This document shows positions 39,058-49,044 of a DNA stretch of 64,000 bases, piece by piece (the stretch's first letter is position 1; each line of letters starts with the position of its first letter). Made by a program: the position numbers and the translations under genes. Location: NCBI GenBank assembly GCA_033763315.1, contig JANRKS010000007.1, forward strand, positions 1-64,000. The letters run 5' to 3'. The DNA comes from Deltaproteobacteria bacterium (GTDB lineage: Bacteria > Myxococcota_A > Polyangia > Fen-1088). The notes under the pieces were generated by a model that did no database searches, was not told the origin of the DNA, and was given only the letters and a program-made list of their open reading frames with translations.

Positions 39058-40749
39058 CTATTGCAAGTCTTTCACGAAAATGGCGTTGCCGCTCACGATG
39101 GCGATGCGCTTGCCATCGGGACTTGGCGCCACCTCACCAGGAACACGGGCGCTCGCGACAACGCGACGTTCACCTGTGAGCGGTGACACCATAAGAAGTT
39201 CGCTGTGGCAATAGGTCTCGAAAAGGCCTTTGCACTTGCTGACCCACACAAAGGCTCTGGGGTTTACAGGATCGTCTACGGTGCGAATGAATTGAGGGAG
39301 CAGGCGGCCTTCGTTGGTGGCAATCACGTTACCGACGAGAGGTTGATCCTCGGGCGAAATCAACGAAAGGCCCAAGTCGATGTTTGACATGAAGATCTTG
39401 AGGCCCGCAGCCGTGATGACCGGAAAGGCGGGAAACTGAACATGGGTAGGAAAGGCTCCCAGAACTTCTTCAGTTCCTCTACTTGTAAGTTTTCTAAACT
39501 CCCAGTTCGTTCTGCCATTGATGGTGCCGTTGCCCTCTAGGCCGCTGAACTGCACTTTGGTTAATACGCCGGTGTTATCGCTCGTCCATCGCAACAAACC
39601 TGGCTGCCCTTGCGCCAGCTTCTGGCCTGTTTCTAAGGAAAAGATCTGCGTGCCCTTGCCCCCGAAAACCTCGCGCGCAACCATCGAGCCATCAGGGGAT
39701 ACAAGCCCGCCGGGTGCAGGCAAGGAACGCAAGACGGGGCCGTGATCGGAAGTGAACAAGACTTCGGCCAGAACATCATCGGCAGCCAGGTCGTGTGCAG
39801 TCACTGCCGCTGTCACAAAAACCTTTTGACCTGAAGGATCCCAGCTCAGCGGTGGCTTGAAGGAGCCGGAGGACAACGTCAGAGGCGCTGATCCATCCGT
39901 GGCCACACGTCGGATTGAAGAGGGAAGCGCGGGCGTTGGCCGAAGCGTGAGCGACCAAATCTTGGGTTGAGAATCTGGAAAGTAGACCAACGCCGAGCTA
40001 TCAGGATTCCAGGCGAGGTTCAATCCGCCTTCATCGGCAATCTTCATGCCCAAATCATCGGGCTGCTGCGGGTATTGGCAGCCGCGAAGAAACTCAAGCT
40101 CCGTTCCGGAAGGGTCGAGCGGATCTCGCTCGGCGACGTCGTTGTTGATTTTAAAGAGTTCAATCACTGTCTCGTTGGGAACAGGAACGAGCTTGATCGC
40201 TCTTTCACCGCATGTCCTCTGCCATAAGCTGAGACCGCTAGGAACCAACACGTCCTCCCCGTCGACCCCAAATGGTTTCTGCAACGTTGAAGACTGCGCG
40301 GCGCCAACTAGGAAGGGGCTCCCAAATGAAGTGACGCGTCCATTCTCCTGTGGAGGACCGTCGAAGCTTGGCCGCAAGAACCCGTAGACATCGATGCGTT
40401 GGAAGACGGACCCTTCGATGATTTGAAACGGCGGATTCTCAACGCTTGCCCGCGCAACCTGGATCACGGGCAGGTCGCAAACTTGGTTCGCGCAAGGAGA
40501 ATAGAATGACCTCAGACCGCCATAATCCGCGGATGTCTTATCGTAGCCAGGAAAGCCTGGGCGCCCCCTGGTTGTAGCCGCTACGACACTACCGCTGAAG
40601 TCCATCGGCCCTTGTTCCGACGCTTCAGAAGGAATCCGTAAAGCGAATGTGCCCACGACCTCGCTGCCGAGGTGAAGCCCAAGCGCCCCGTCTCCACACG
40701 ACGACATTAGAACGTTGAGAAGACAGACGCAGACGTGTCTCTTTGTCAT
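39058..40749 (-). CDS. Putative lipoprotein with a C-terminal TolB/WD40-like beta-propeller
   Basis: Lipobox-like SSC; WNPDS, WDPSG, VSPDG and PSPDGKRIA repeats. Confidence 0.6.
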   Translation of the reverse strand: MTKRHVCVCLLNVLMSSCGDGALGLHLGSEVVGTFALRIPSEASEQGPMDFSGSVVAATTRGRPGFPGYDKTSADYGGLRSFYSPCANQVCDLPVIQVARASVENPPFQIIEGSVFQRIDVYGFLRPSFDGPPQENGRVTSFGSPFLVGAAQSSTLQKPFGVDGEDVLVPSGLSLWQRTCGERAIKLVPVPNETVIELFKINNDVAERDPLDPSGTELEFLRGCQYPQQPDDLGMKIADEGGLNLAWNPDSSALVYFPDSQPKIWSLTLRPTPALPSSIRRVATDGSAPLTLSSGSFKPPLSWDPSGQKVFVTAAVTAHDLAADDVLAEVLFTSDHGPVLRSLPAPGGLVSPDGSMVAREVFGGKGTQIFSLETGQKLAQGQPGLLRWTSDNTGVLTKVQFSGLEGNGTINGRTNWEFRKLTSRGTEEVLGAFPTHVQFPAFPVITAAGLKIFMSNIDLGLSLISPEDQPLVGNVIATNEGRLLPQFIRTVDDPVNPRAFVWVSKCKGLFETYCHSELLMVSPLTGERRVVASARVPGEVAPSPDGKRIAIVSGNAIFVKDLQ

Positions 40750-40757
40750 ACAGGCCC

Positions 40758-42389
40758 TCAAAAAAAGATGCCCACAGAAACTGTTCCTCGCCAAGACGTC
40801 TGTACCTTTAACGCCGGGGAGATAGACGCGGTGTCGTAAGCCTTAAGCAGGTGGAACGGTCTGGCGCCCTCAAACCTTAGGTAAGCACGAAATCGAAAAG
40901 GGACATCAAGCTGTAAAATGGGGCTCAACTCACCTCCAAGTGAACTCTTTAAGCCCTCTGATGGCGACCTAAAGTAGACAAACGAAGGATGAATTTGCGC
41001 ATTTGTGTACTCAATCAGAGCAATACTTCTTTGTTCGAGTCTGAAAACCCCAGCCTCAATACCGGCGGACAATGTTACGTACTCAAAGTCTTTGGGGTAA
41101 AGCAGCAAGGCGGAAAGATCCCACTGCTCTTGTTCTCGGATGTACGATTCCTTGTGACCCGAAGTCTTGCTTCCAGCGATCCGAGCCTCAAGCGCGAAAC
41201 GACGCCGGTCTTGGCGGTAGGATAAGGTTGTCACCCACGCTGAAATTCCTATCATTGGATCTGTCCGATAGCCCCCGCCGAGCGACGCGCTATGCACGGT
41301 CCGCGGTGCATCTCCCTTTCTCACCATGCGCGCGTAAGTGAGGTGTTTCATCTCGTCGCTGGCCACGATCTCCGTAAGCCCCGCCCGAACCTTGTAGTCG
41401 CCAGCGAGCATGTGGTTGCTTCCTCTCTTCGTCACTTCGTAGCGGCCAGACTCAAGCGCAACCATCGCACCACCTGCGTGCGATGCAATCTCGGCCACAG
41501 GCAAGTTCAAGCCCGCGTCGCCATCGAGCCGGGTCACCGTGTAGCCGCCAGCATCGATGAACTGCAAAGCACCGATGGTTCCGTCTAAGCGGCGAGGGCG
41601 CGTCAACGCCAAGTCCTCGCGGCCGCCCCAGTTCATTCGGAACGTGGGATGTTGAGGGCCAGCCTCCGTGCGCAATGTGGCCGACATGGTCTCGCGGGAC
41701 GAGAAGTCGAACGCCTCCGAGACCGTGACAACCCCATCGCCGTTGGCGTCGCCAGCGCCGCGCATCGCAGACACGAAGAAGTGCGAGAAGAACGATGCTT
41801 TAAGAGACTCGGCTTCTTGTGAATCTTCGTGTGCAGCGCTTGAGGTTAAGATTGCAAAGCCTTTCGGCAACGGTTGAGCCTGCAAAGCCACCTCGAAAGC
41901 CGGCGTCGGGCGGCCTCCCTTCACGCGCGTGGCGGTGCCGGACCGGCAGGAATCAATAACAAGCACCCTGGTTGCCGCTGATGATCCCTCAACGAGCAGG
42001 CGCATTTCTTCCACATGAAGTTGTGTGCCCGCCATTTTGAGATGGTTGCCGTCGGCGTGTCCCGAGTAGTACACAAACAACACAGCCTCATCGGCGCGCT
42101 CGCGAATACGTGCGTTCAACCTGTGCAGAGTGTCTCGCACATCTGCAGCGCGCACGCCGTTCAAAAGCAACACTTGATCAGGCGGAAAGTCGCCCACGTC
42201 TCGCAAGGTCTGCGCCACATTTTGAGCGTCACGTTCAGCGTACCGCAGACGCGGCTCCGTTCCGTCACCGATATTTGCACCGACAACCACCGCAAAGCGC
42301 GCCGCATGGCGATCTTCAGCGCCGCTCGCCAGCGAGGCGTGGCAAGCCAGCGACGCCACCACCACAACGCCTAAAGGGTTGCCAAGCAT
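40758..42389 (-). CDS. Exported caspase-family (C14) protease with a putative C-terminal outer-membrane beta-barrel
   Basis: Signal peptide; FAVVVGAN, LRYAERDA, YYSGHAD (His) and IDSCRSG (Cys); amphipathic strands ending VSVGIFF. Confidence 0.8.
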   Translation of the reverse strand: MLGNPLGVVVVASLACHASLASGAEDRHAARFAVVVGANIGDGTEPRLRYAERDAQNVAQTLRDVGDFPPDQVLLLNGVRAADVRDTLHRLNARIRERADEAVLFVYYSGHADGNHLKMAGTQLHVEEMRLLVEGSSAATRVLVIDSCRSGTATRVKGGRPTPAFEVALQAQPLPKGFAILTSSAAHEDSQEAESLKASFFSHFFVSAMRGAGDANGDGVVTVSEAFDFSSRETMSATLRTEAGPQHPTFRMNWGGREDLALTRPRRLDGTIGALQFIDAGGYTVTRLDGDAGLNLPVAEIASHAGGAMVALESGRYEVTKRGSNHMLAGDYKVRAGLTEIVASDEMKHLTYARMVRKGDAPRTVHSASLGGGYRTDPMIGISAWVTTLSYRQDRRRFALEARIAGSKTSGHKESYIREQEQWDLSALLLYPKDFEYVTLSAGIEAGVFRLEQRSIALIEYTNAQIHPSFVYFRSPSEGLKSSLGGELSPILQLDVPFRFRAYLRFEGARPFHLLKAYDTASISPALKVQTSWRGTVSVGIFF

Positions 42390-43120
42390 CACAAGCCAAC
42401 TCGTTTGTTGAAGTTCACACGAGTCGTGCGGCAACCAAACGGCGCGACGTCGAGGTTGCGGCGCAAGGCAACTGTCAGCGTTTCGATCTCTTGTCTTTCT
42501 TCGCAGAGAAACAGAAGGAGGCTTTCAGCACCTGCGGCATTGTCTAAAACGACCGCATCAGGCAGCAGAATCTTGTCCGACGTTGTTAGTGCGTACAACC
42601 AGCCCTTCGGAGGAGCCAACGCGGACACGGTGCCTGTACCGTCGATGCCGATTACCCCCACGAATCCCGGCGCCGGAGAAGACACTTCAAAACGCAAGCG
42701 ATCCCCCGCTGCAAGTTCATCGCCCTCCAGTAAACGCTCAACCGGTTTGGTACCGCCCTTAACAAGCACGTCGAGGTGCAGACCAGAAGCCTTGCGACGA
42801 ACGTTTTGTACCGACGAGAACGGCAATGCATCACGCACCGGCGTCGGGGTCGGGACAAATAGCAACCCCACCACCGCCGCGACCGCAAGCAACGACAACG
42901 CTGTGGCCCTGCGCGCGCCTGCCGGCCGCAGAGGCTTCACCACCTCCCAAGCTGGAGCGGGAACGCGTGCCTGCCTAACGAAGGCCGCACAGCCTTCGCA
43001 TCCCTGCAGATGCTTCGCCACGAATATGGCACGCGAGTCATCGGTGAGTTCTCCTTGCGTGTATCGATCCAAAAGGTATTCCGAAGGGCACGAGCGCCTT
43101 GTTGAGCTGTCAGCGGTCAT
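42389..43120 (-). CDS. Zinc-binding anti-sigma (zf-HC2) with a TM helix and a DUF4384-like periplasmic domain
   Basis: HLQGCEGC; TM helix; VRRKASG; GDRLRFEV..GFVGVIGIDGTG; TGATG coupling on both sides. Confidence 0.75.
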   Translation of the reverse strand: MTADSSTRRSCPSEYLLDRYTQGELTDDSRAIFVAKHLQGCEGCAAFVRQARVPAPAWEVVKPLRPAGARRATALSLLAVAAVVGLLFVPTPTPVRDALPFSSVQNVRRKASGLHLDVLVKGGTKPVERLLEGDELAAGDRLRFEVSSPAPGFVGVIGIDGTGTVSALAPPKGWLYALTTSDKILLPDAVVLDNAAGAESLLLFLCEERQEIETLTVALRRNLDVAPFGCRTTRVNFNKRVGL

Positions 43121-43620
43121 CAGTTCTTCCCTCGGCTTTGGCAGGCGTGGCTGGGCTCGTCAGCCCACAAACAAGCAAGAACGATCTTGAGATCAGCGAT
43201 GCGGCTGCACACGGTTCTTTGTGACACCCCGAGCAACTCTGCGATTTCTTCCTGCGTCATCTCGTCGACGTAGTAGTGCAAGGCCAACGTTTGCAAGTCG
43301 GGAGGCACACCGCGGAGCAGTACACCCAACGGCGGTCCACTTGGCTGCACCGGCGATTGCAACGTCTGCAGCAACATTGAATGCTTGCCCGCGTCCCTTA
43401 GAAGATTAAGGCAATGGTTCGTTGTGACGCGGTAGAACCACCCCACGTTCACTTCATAGAGGCTGTCGGCCCGCCCCATCAACGCCAGGAACACCTCGTG
43501 GCAAACGTCCCTCGCGAGGGCGTCGTTGCGCAATAGTTTACGGGCCCTTCGATACACGAGGTTGCCGTATCTATCGTAAAGCGCGGCCAGCTTGAGCCGT
43601 CGGTCGTCCTCTAACGCCAT
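43120..43620 (-). CDS. ECF sigma factor
   Basis: LYDRYG..VYRRA, ARDVCHEVF, WFYRVTTNHCLN and MTQEEIAELLGVS. Confidence 0.88.
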   Translation of the reverse strand: MALEDDRRLKLAALYDRYGNLVYRRARKLLRNDALARDVCHEVFLALMGRADSLYEVNVGWFYRVTTNHCLNLLRDAGKHSMLLQTLQSPVQPSGPPLGVLLRGVPPDLQTLALHYYVDEMTQEEIAELLGVSQRTVCSRIADLKIVLACLWADEPSHACQSRGKN

Positions 43621-43760
43621 TTTCAGAGGAGTAAAACACCTAGGACGAACATTTTTAGAAGCCGAAAGACGTTTTTCTTTTCTGAGCCTGCAAACAGCAG
43701 GAGGCCCGCCAAGCAAGCCTGGGCCAGGCGACGGCCATCGGTCATAATGCCCGGCTGCAC

Positions 43761-45290
43761 GTGAGCCAGTCCCCCTCCCCCACTTCCGCAACGGCCTCCA
43801 AGCATGGCGCCAGCGACGCGCGCTACGCCTTTCGCGGCGGGCTTGTGCAGTTGCTCGGAATCTTGGGGCAAGCCTTCATGACTCTGCAGGGAGTCATCGT
43901 GCCGCGTCTATTTGGGCCCACGGCCTATGGACTTTACAGCGGTCTGCGCGATCTGGTTGAGATTCTGGCGCGGGCGGCCTGCCTCGGCACCGACAAGGGC
44001 CTTTACCGGTTCGTGGCAGGCCACTGCGCTGCCGGCGAGCCGGAGCGAGCCGCAGATGCGACCGCGGTTGCATTGCGCATCACAGCCGTCACGGGTGTGG
44101 TGCTAGCGGGCGTGGCAGCTGTGGCGGCGCCTTTCATTGCAAAAGTGTTTCATCGTCCCGAGGTCGCGGGGCTGTTGCCATTCATCGCGCCCGCGATCTT
44201 TGGCCTTTCTATGACATTCACGGCTGTGGCTGCGTCGCTTGGCTACAAGCGTCCCAAGGCACAATTGCACGTGCGCGGCATCGCAGAGCCCTTGCTTTTG
44301 GTGGGCGCAACCGCCGTGGCAGGCGTTGTGCTTCCCAGGATCACAACTTTGGCCGTGATTCATGGGGCTGTCTATTTCGTCATTGCGTGGTTCGCCGTGA
44401 GCCGCCTGCCACGAGATGTGTACGCGAGTCTGTGGTCTCGCCTTCGCCACGCTCGCTATCCGGGCTTGCTCGCCTTTTCACTACCTGTGGCGGCACTTGA
44501 GTTGACCAACATCGTCCGGCACCGCGTGGACGGCATGGTTGTGTTTGCGATGTTTCCACCCAAGACGGCCGCGCTATACTTCGCTAGTGAAACGATTGGC
44601 CGCATCGCTGCCAATATCCGCTACGCGTTTGACGGGATTGTGGCGCCGATGTTCTCAGAAGCCATTCACACCCACGATCGGCTCCGTCTGCAGAACTCCT
44701 ACCGCGTTCTCACGCGCATGGTTGCCACGTTGTCGTTTCCGCTTGCCATGTCGCTGATCAGTTTGCGGGAGCGGCTGGTGTTGCTTTCCGGCGATGCGTT
44801 TGCCTCGGCGGCCATGCTTGTGCCGTTTCATGTCAGCGGACATCTGGCGAATGGCGTGCTTGGCCTCGCGGGCCACGTTCTCATGATGGCGGGGCGAACT
44901 CGCTGGCTTTTGATCAATCAATTGATCGCTGCCGGCGTCAACATACTCGCTTGCGTGCTCCTCATCCCTCGCTTCGGCCTGCTGGGCGCCGCTTATGCTT
45001 TTCTTCTGGGTTGGGCGGTGTCGCTCGGCACCACGCTGGTTGAGGTCGCCATCGTTGAACGCGTTCAGCCGTTTGGCGCAGGGCTATTTAAGCCGGGCGC
45101 TGCCGCCGTGCTCATGTATCTGGCGCAGCGGCAGGCCCAGCACATAGACAATGTGTTCATCAATGTCGGTGTAACTTTACTTGGCGGTCTCGCTGTTTAT
45201 GCGACGTCCTTGGTTGCCCTCGGCCTTGACCCCACCGAGAAGGCTGCCGTGGCAAAACAATGGCAACGGCTCCGGCGGAGGTCCGAATGA
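43761..45290 (+). CDS. Oligosaccharide flippase (Wzx/MOP family)
   Basis: About 12-14 TMs; RLFGPTAYGLY and LLIPRFGLLGAA. Confidence 0.8.
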   Translation: MSQSPSPTSATASKHGASDARYAFRGGLVQLLGILGQAFMTLQGVIVPRLFGPTAYGLYSGLRDLVEILARAACLGTDKGLYRFVAGHCAAGEPERAADATAVALRITAVTGVVLAGVAAVAAPFIAKVFHRPEVAGLLPFIAPAIFGLSMTFTAVAASLGYKRPKAQLHVRGIAEPLLLVGATAVAGVVLPRITTLAVIHGAVYFVIAWFAVSRLPRDVYASLWSRLRHARYPGLLAFSLPVAALELTNIVRHRVDGMVVFAMFPPKTAALYFASETIGRIAANIRYAFDGIVAPMFSEAIHTHDRLRLQNSYRVLTRMVATLSFPLAMSLISLRERLVLLSGDAFASAAMLVPFHVSGHLANGVLGLAGHVLMMAGRTRWLLINQLIAAGVNILACVLLIPRFGLLGAAYAFLLGWAVSLGTTLVEVAIVERVQPFGAGLFKPGAAAVLMYLAQRQAQHIDNVFINVGVTLLGGLAVYATSLVALGLDPTEKAAVAKQWQRLRRRSE

Positions 45291-46363
45291 CGACGGCGTT
45301 AACGCGAACCACCCCACCTCGCGTGTTGTTTTTCCTGCAAGGGCAAAACGTGCCGTCGAGCCGGTTTCGCGTCGCCCAATTCATCCCGCATTTCGAGAGC
45401 CACGGCATTGCCTGCACAGTTCGTGCTCCCTATCCAAGTTTGCAAGGAGACGTCAAAGCGCGGTTCTTCCATGGCTGGCGGCGTCAGTTCACGCGGCCGT
45501 TAAGTGTGGGCGTGCGGCTTAGCCAAATGAAAGGCATAAGGAATCACGATCTCGTGTACTTGCAGCGACCTCTGCTGAGTTACTACACAACGGCGCTCGA
45601 AGAAGTTGTGTGCCGCCTTCGACCGGCGATCTTCGATATAGACGATGCGATCTTTCACAACTTCTTTGGCTGGGAGCGCTTCAAGATCAAACGCATCGTG
45701 AAGCTTTGCCGGCATCTGGTGGCGGGCAATCAATACTTGGCCGATTTTTTCGAGGCGCCCCACAAGACAACCATCATACCCACTGTGGTTGATGCAGAGC
45801 GATTCGTCGTTCGACCTGAACCGCCGGAGGACCAACCCTTCACGATTGTGTGGACAGGGCTGTCATCAAATCTAAAGGAACTGGCGCCGGTGCTGCCTGG
45901 AATCAAGGCCGCGCTCGACGAGACCCGCGGGCGGCTTGTGGTCGTCGCCGATCGGCTCGACGAAGATGTTGTGCGCGGCTTGCCCGTTGACTTTGTCAAA
46001 TGGTCTCCCGAAACCGAGGTGCAAGCCTTGGGTCGTGCGCACGTGGGCATCATGCCCCTGCGGGATACACCCTATAACCGAGGCAAGTGCGGCTTTAAGC
46101 TGATCCAGTACATGGCGCGAGGCATGTGCGTGGTGGCTGCGCCGGTGGGCGCCAACGTAGAGATCGTGCGCGCTCACAAAGATGGTCTGCTTGCCAACAG
46201 CTCCGATGATTGGGCCGACGCGCTCGTCAGCTTGGCTCGCGATCGGGATATGCGCCATCGCATGGGCCAATCGGGCCGAGAACGCGTTGAACAACGTTAC
46301 AGCATCAAAGCCGTGCTTCCGCAGTTTCTCGATTTGTTCGCACGCTTCGGTGCAGGCGCGTAA
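45287..46363 (+). CDS. GT4 glycosyltransferase
   Basis: PSSRFRV, FDIDDAIF and GKCGFKLIQYMA; ATGA overlap with the flippase. Confidence 0.85.
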   Translation: MTTALTRTTPPRVLFFLQGQNVPSSRFRVAQFIPHFESHGIACTVRAPYPSLQGDVKARFFHGWRRQFTRPLSVGVRLSQMKGIRNHDLVYLQRPLLSYYTTALEEVVCRLRPAIFDIDDAIFHNFFGWERFKIKRIVKLCRHLVAGNQYLADFFEAPHKTTIIPTVVDAERFVVRPEPPEDQPFTIVWTGLSSNLKELAPVLPGIKAALDETRGRLVVVADRLDEDVVRGLPVDFVKWSPETEVQALGRAHVGIMPLRDTPYNRGKCGFKLIQYMARGMCVVAAPVGANVEIVRAHKDGLLANSSDDWADALVSLARDRDMRHRMGQSGRERVEQRYSIKAVLPQFLDLFARFGAGA

Positions 46364-47870
46364 CAATGCGCTCACTCACGCGCAGAGCGTTGGCTGCAAT
46401 CGTGAGGCTGGGATTCACGCCGGCCGCCGTGGGCATCACGCTGCCGTCCGTGACGAAGACATTCGGTACACCGTGAAGGGCGCAATCGACGTCCAACACA
46501 GACTTCTTGGGATCAACGCCCATGCGTGCGGTGCCCACCGCATGTGAGAAGCTATCCACAAGGTTGACCTTGCCCACCAAGCCTCCGGCCTTCCGCAAGA
46601 TCTTGCGCGCGGCTTTGATCAGTTGGTGCCGCCGCCTCAGATCGTTTTCAGAATAGCTATGCTCGATGCTTGTGACCGGCAGGCCTAAGTCATCCAAACG
46701 TTCTGACAAGAAAACGCGGTTGTTGACCTGTGGATCGTCTTCCGCGATGCATATCAGCGTTTGAATGTGATTCGCCACCGTGTGTGCAGCGACGCGAAAG
46801 CCCTTCGGCGCTAAAACGCGCACAACCTCGGGCGGCGGCATCATCATATCCTGGATGACCCCCACGGCGCGCCCTGTGGCCGCGCGTTCGAATTCATACA
46901 AGTCGCTGATGCAGACTTGTTTGTGGTTGAGCTTTTGCGGATTGGTCGCGAAGGGAAACACATACCCCACCATCGCGTTGCAATGCCGCATGAGGTTGCG
47001 CCCCAGAAGGTTCGAGCGGTCGGTGGACTGCAAGCCGGAGCGCAAGAGTACGGCCGGTGTTTGCACGGCGCCAGCAGCCACCACGACAGCATCTGCCGTG
47101 ACTGTGTATTGTTTACCGGTGTGTTTGTCGTGAACCAACACGCCGCGTGCAAGGTGTCCCTCGGTGAGAATGCGCAACACCGTAGCGCCGGCGACGATTG
47201 TTAAGAAATTGTGATCCGCGTTCGCAAGAAACGTCATCGCGACGTCGTTTTTCGCGCTCACTTTGCACGGGAAGCCATCGCACGTTGAGCACCGCATGCA
47301 AGCCGTGCCGCGGCTGCCTTGAAAGTCAATCGCTGTCGGCACCGAGAACGGGTGAAAGCCAGCAGCTTTCGCCGCTTTGAAGATACGTTCGGCGGGCGGC
47401 GTCAGTGGCTGCGCTGGCAGTGGGTAAGGGGCGGACCGCGGCGGCTCGGTGGGATCCTCGCCGGCGTTGCCGTGCACCCCCAACAACCGCTCCGCCCGGG
47501 CGTAAAACGGTTCGAGATCCGCATAACGCAAAGGCCACTCGGCGAAATCAGTTTCGCGTAAGCGTAGGGCAGCGCCACCGAAGAAGACTGAATTGCCACC
47601 CACAACAGCGTTGAGCACAACGTCTTTCGCCGCGCGGTCATATTGCGCAATGCTGACAGGAGAGTCCGCCCTGTATCGCCCCTCCAGCAAGATCTTGCTG
47701 CCACTCCAATCGTCGTCGTCGCGCAACGGCCAGGGGCCGCGCTCAAGCAGCAGCGTCTTAACACCGGCTCGCGATAAGTCGTAAGCTGCGGCACCGCCGC
47801 CGAAGCCCGAACCCACGATGACAACATCGTAGTGTTCATCCAAAGGTTTGCTGCGCCCCTCCTGCCCCAT
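46305..47870 (-). CDS. GMC-family oxidoreductase
   Basis: GSGFGG, VGGNS, CMRCSTCDGFPC, HAVGTARMG and NPSLTI. Confidence 0.88.
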   Translation of the reverse strand: MGQEGRSKPLDEHYDVVIVGSGFGGGAAAYDLSRAGVKTLLLERGPWPLRDDDDWSGSKILLEGRYRADSPVSIAQYDRAAKDVVLNAVVGGNSVFFGGAALRLRETDFAEWPLRYADLEPFYARAERLLGVHGNAGEDPTEPPRSAPYPLPAQPLTPPAERIFKAAKAAGFHPFSVPTAIDFQGSRGTACMRCSTCDGFPCKVSAKNDVAMTFLANADHNFLTIVAGATVLRILTEGHLARGVLVHDKHTGKQYTVTADAVVVAAGAVQTPAVLLRSGLQSTDRSNLLGRNLMRHCNAMVGYVFPFATNPQKLNHKQVCISDLYEFERAATGRAVGVIQDMMMPPPEVVRVLAPKGFRVAAHTVANHIQTLICIAEDDPQVNNRVFLSERLDDLGLPVTSIEHSYSENDLRRRHQLIKAARKILRKAGGLVGKVNLVDSFSHAVGTARMGVDPKKSVLDVDCALHGVPNVFVTDGSVMPTAAGVNPSLTIAANALRVSERIVTRLHRSVRTNRETAEARL

Positions 47871-47880
47871 GTGCCTTCGA

Positions 47881-49044
47881 TTATAGAAGATCATGCTCTT
47901 CGCGCCGCCCGTGGCGCCGCAAAAGCTCGTCGTAGATGGCAACAGTTTGGTCAACGACGTGTAGCGGCGTCGGCGCAAAACGCGCGCGCATATGCTGGGC
48001 CGCGGCAGCGCCTCGGGAAATCAGGTCTACGCGAGGCATCGTAAAAACATCCGCCAACGCCTCCACAAGAGGCGCCTGTTTGAACGTTGGAACTTCCCAT
48101 CCACTGGTTCCGGGTTCGACTATCCCGTCCACGTTAGCCGCATGCGACAGAACGGCCGGTAAACCGCAGGCGCAGCCCTCAAGAGCCGCATTCGCCAGTC
48201 CCTCATACAAAGACGGCATCACCAGAACATCTGAAGCCCAATAAAGTGATCGCATGTCCTTTTGCGCGCCCAACAATCGCACGTGCGGCTTCAGCTCGGG
48301 CGACTGAGCCAACGACGCAACCCACCGCGATGCGATGGGATCGCGATTTCGTCCGGCGAGGAGGAGCACAATGTTGCTTGGAAGACGCCGCTGCTTTGCC
48401 AAGGACCGCAAAGCGCGCAGGAGCCCAATCTGATGCTTTTGCACCCCAACCCTTCCCGGCAGCAGCAGCACCAGATCGCCATCGCTCACGTTCCACCGAA
48501 CGCGCGCTTCGGCTTTCTCGCCCGGTGTGGGTGGCCGAAAGAAGTTCACGTCGAGAATGTTGTGTATGACGCGAATCTTTGCGGCTGGCACCCGGGCATA
48601 GCGAGTGAGCTCATACTTCACGCCTTCAGAATTCGTTAAAATGACCTGGGTGCCGCGTGACATCCACTTCTCGATAAGGAGGTACCGAAGCTGCATCATG
48701 CGGTTGCGGCAAGATGTGATCAGAACGCGCACGCCCGCACGCCGGGCCGCAAGCCGCATCCAGAAGTTCGCTTTGTCGCGGTAGGAGTGAACGATGTCAG
48801 GCTGTTCCGCCTTCAAGATCTCCGTCAGTTTCCGCAACGCCGAGATCCCCATGCGCTTGACGCCCAAACTGTGCCGCGGTTGCCCCGGCAGCAGACGATC
48901 GTCGAAGAAGATCCCCTCGTCGTTGTAGACGCACAGAATGGGCTCGAACCGTTCGGGCAGATTCCTGATCATTTCGAGGATCTGTCGCTCGGGTCCCCCT
49001 TGCTGTAGGTTGGGGATGAAATAGAGGATTTTGGTACGACGCAT
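47881..49044 (-). CDS. GT4 glycosyltransferase
   Basis: QGGPERQ, PDIVH and PSLYEGLANAALEG. Confidence 0.88.
   Translation of the reverse strand: MRRTKILYFIPNLQQGGPERQILEMIRNLPERFEPILCVYNDEGIFFDDRLLPGQPRHSLGVKRMGISALRKLTEILKAEQPDIVHSYRDKANFWMRLAARRAGVRVLITSCRNRMMQLRYLLIEKWMSRGTQVILTNSEGVKYELTRYARVPAAKIRVIHNILDVNFFRPPTPGEKAEARVRWNVSDGDLVLLLPGRVGVQKHQIGLLRALRSLAKQRRLPSNIVLLLAGRNRDPIASRWVASLAQSPELKPHVRLLGAQKDMRSLYWASDVLVMPSLYEGLANAALEGCACGLPAVLSHAANVDGIVEPGTSGWEVPTFKQAPLVEALADVFTMPRVDLISRGAAAAQHMRARFAPTPLHVVDQTVAIYDELLRRHGRREEHDLL

Noticed and set aside
39042-43760. Caspase cassette as a mobile element
   Set aside because: No integrase, transposase, tRNA target or flanking direct repeats seen
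31854-46363. Convergent 3' overlaps (31854-31900, 35812-35833, 46305-46363)
   Set aside because: Short tail-to-tail overlaps are common in compact GC-rich genomes; no evidence of function
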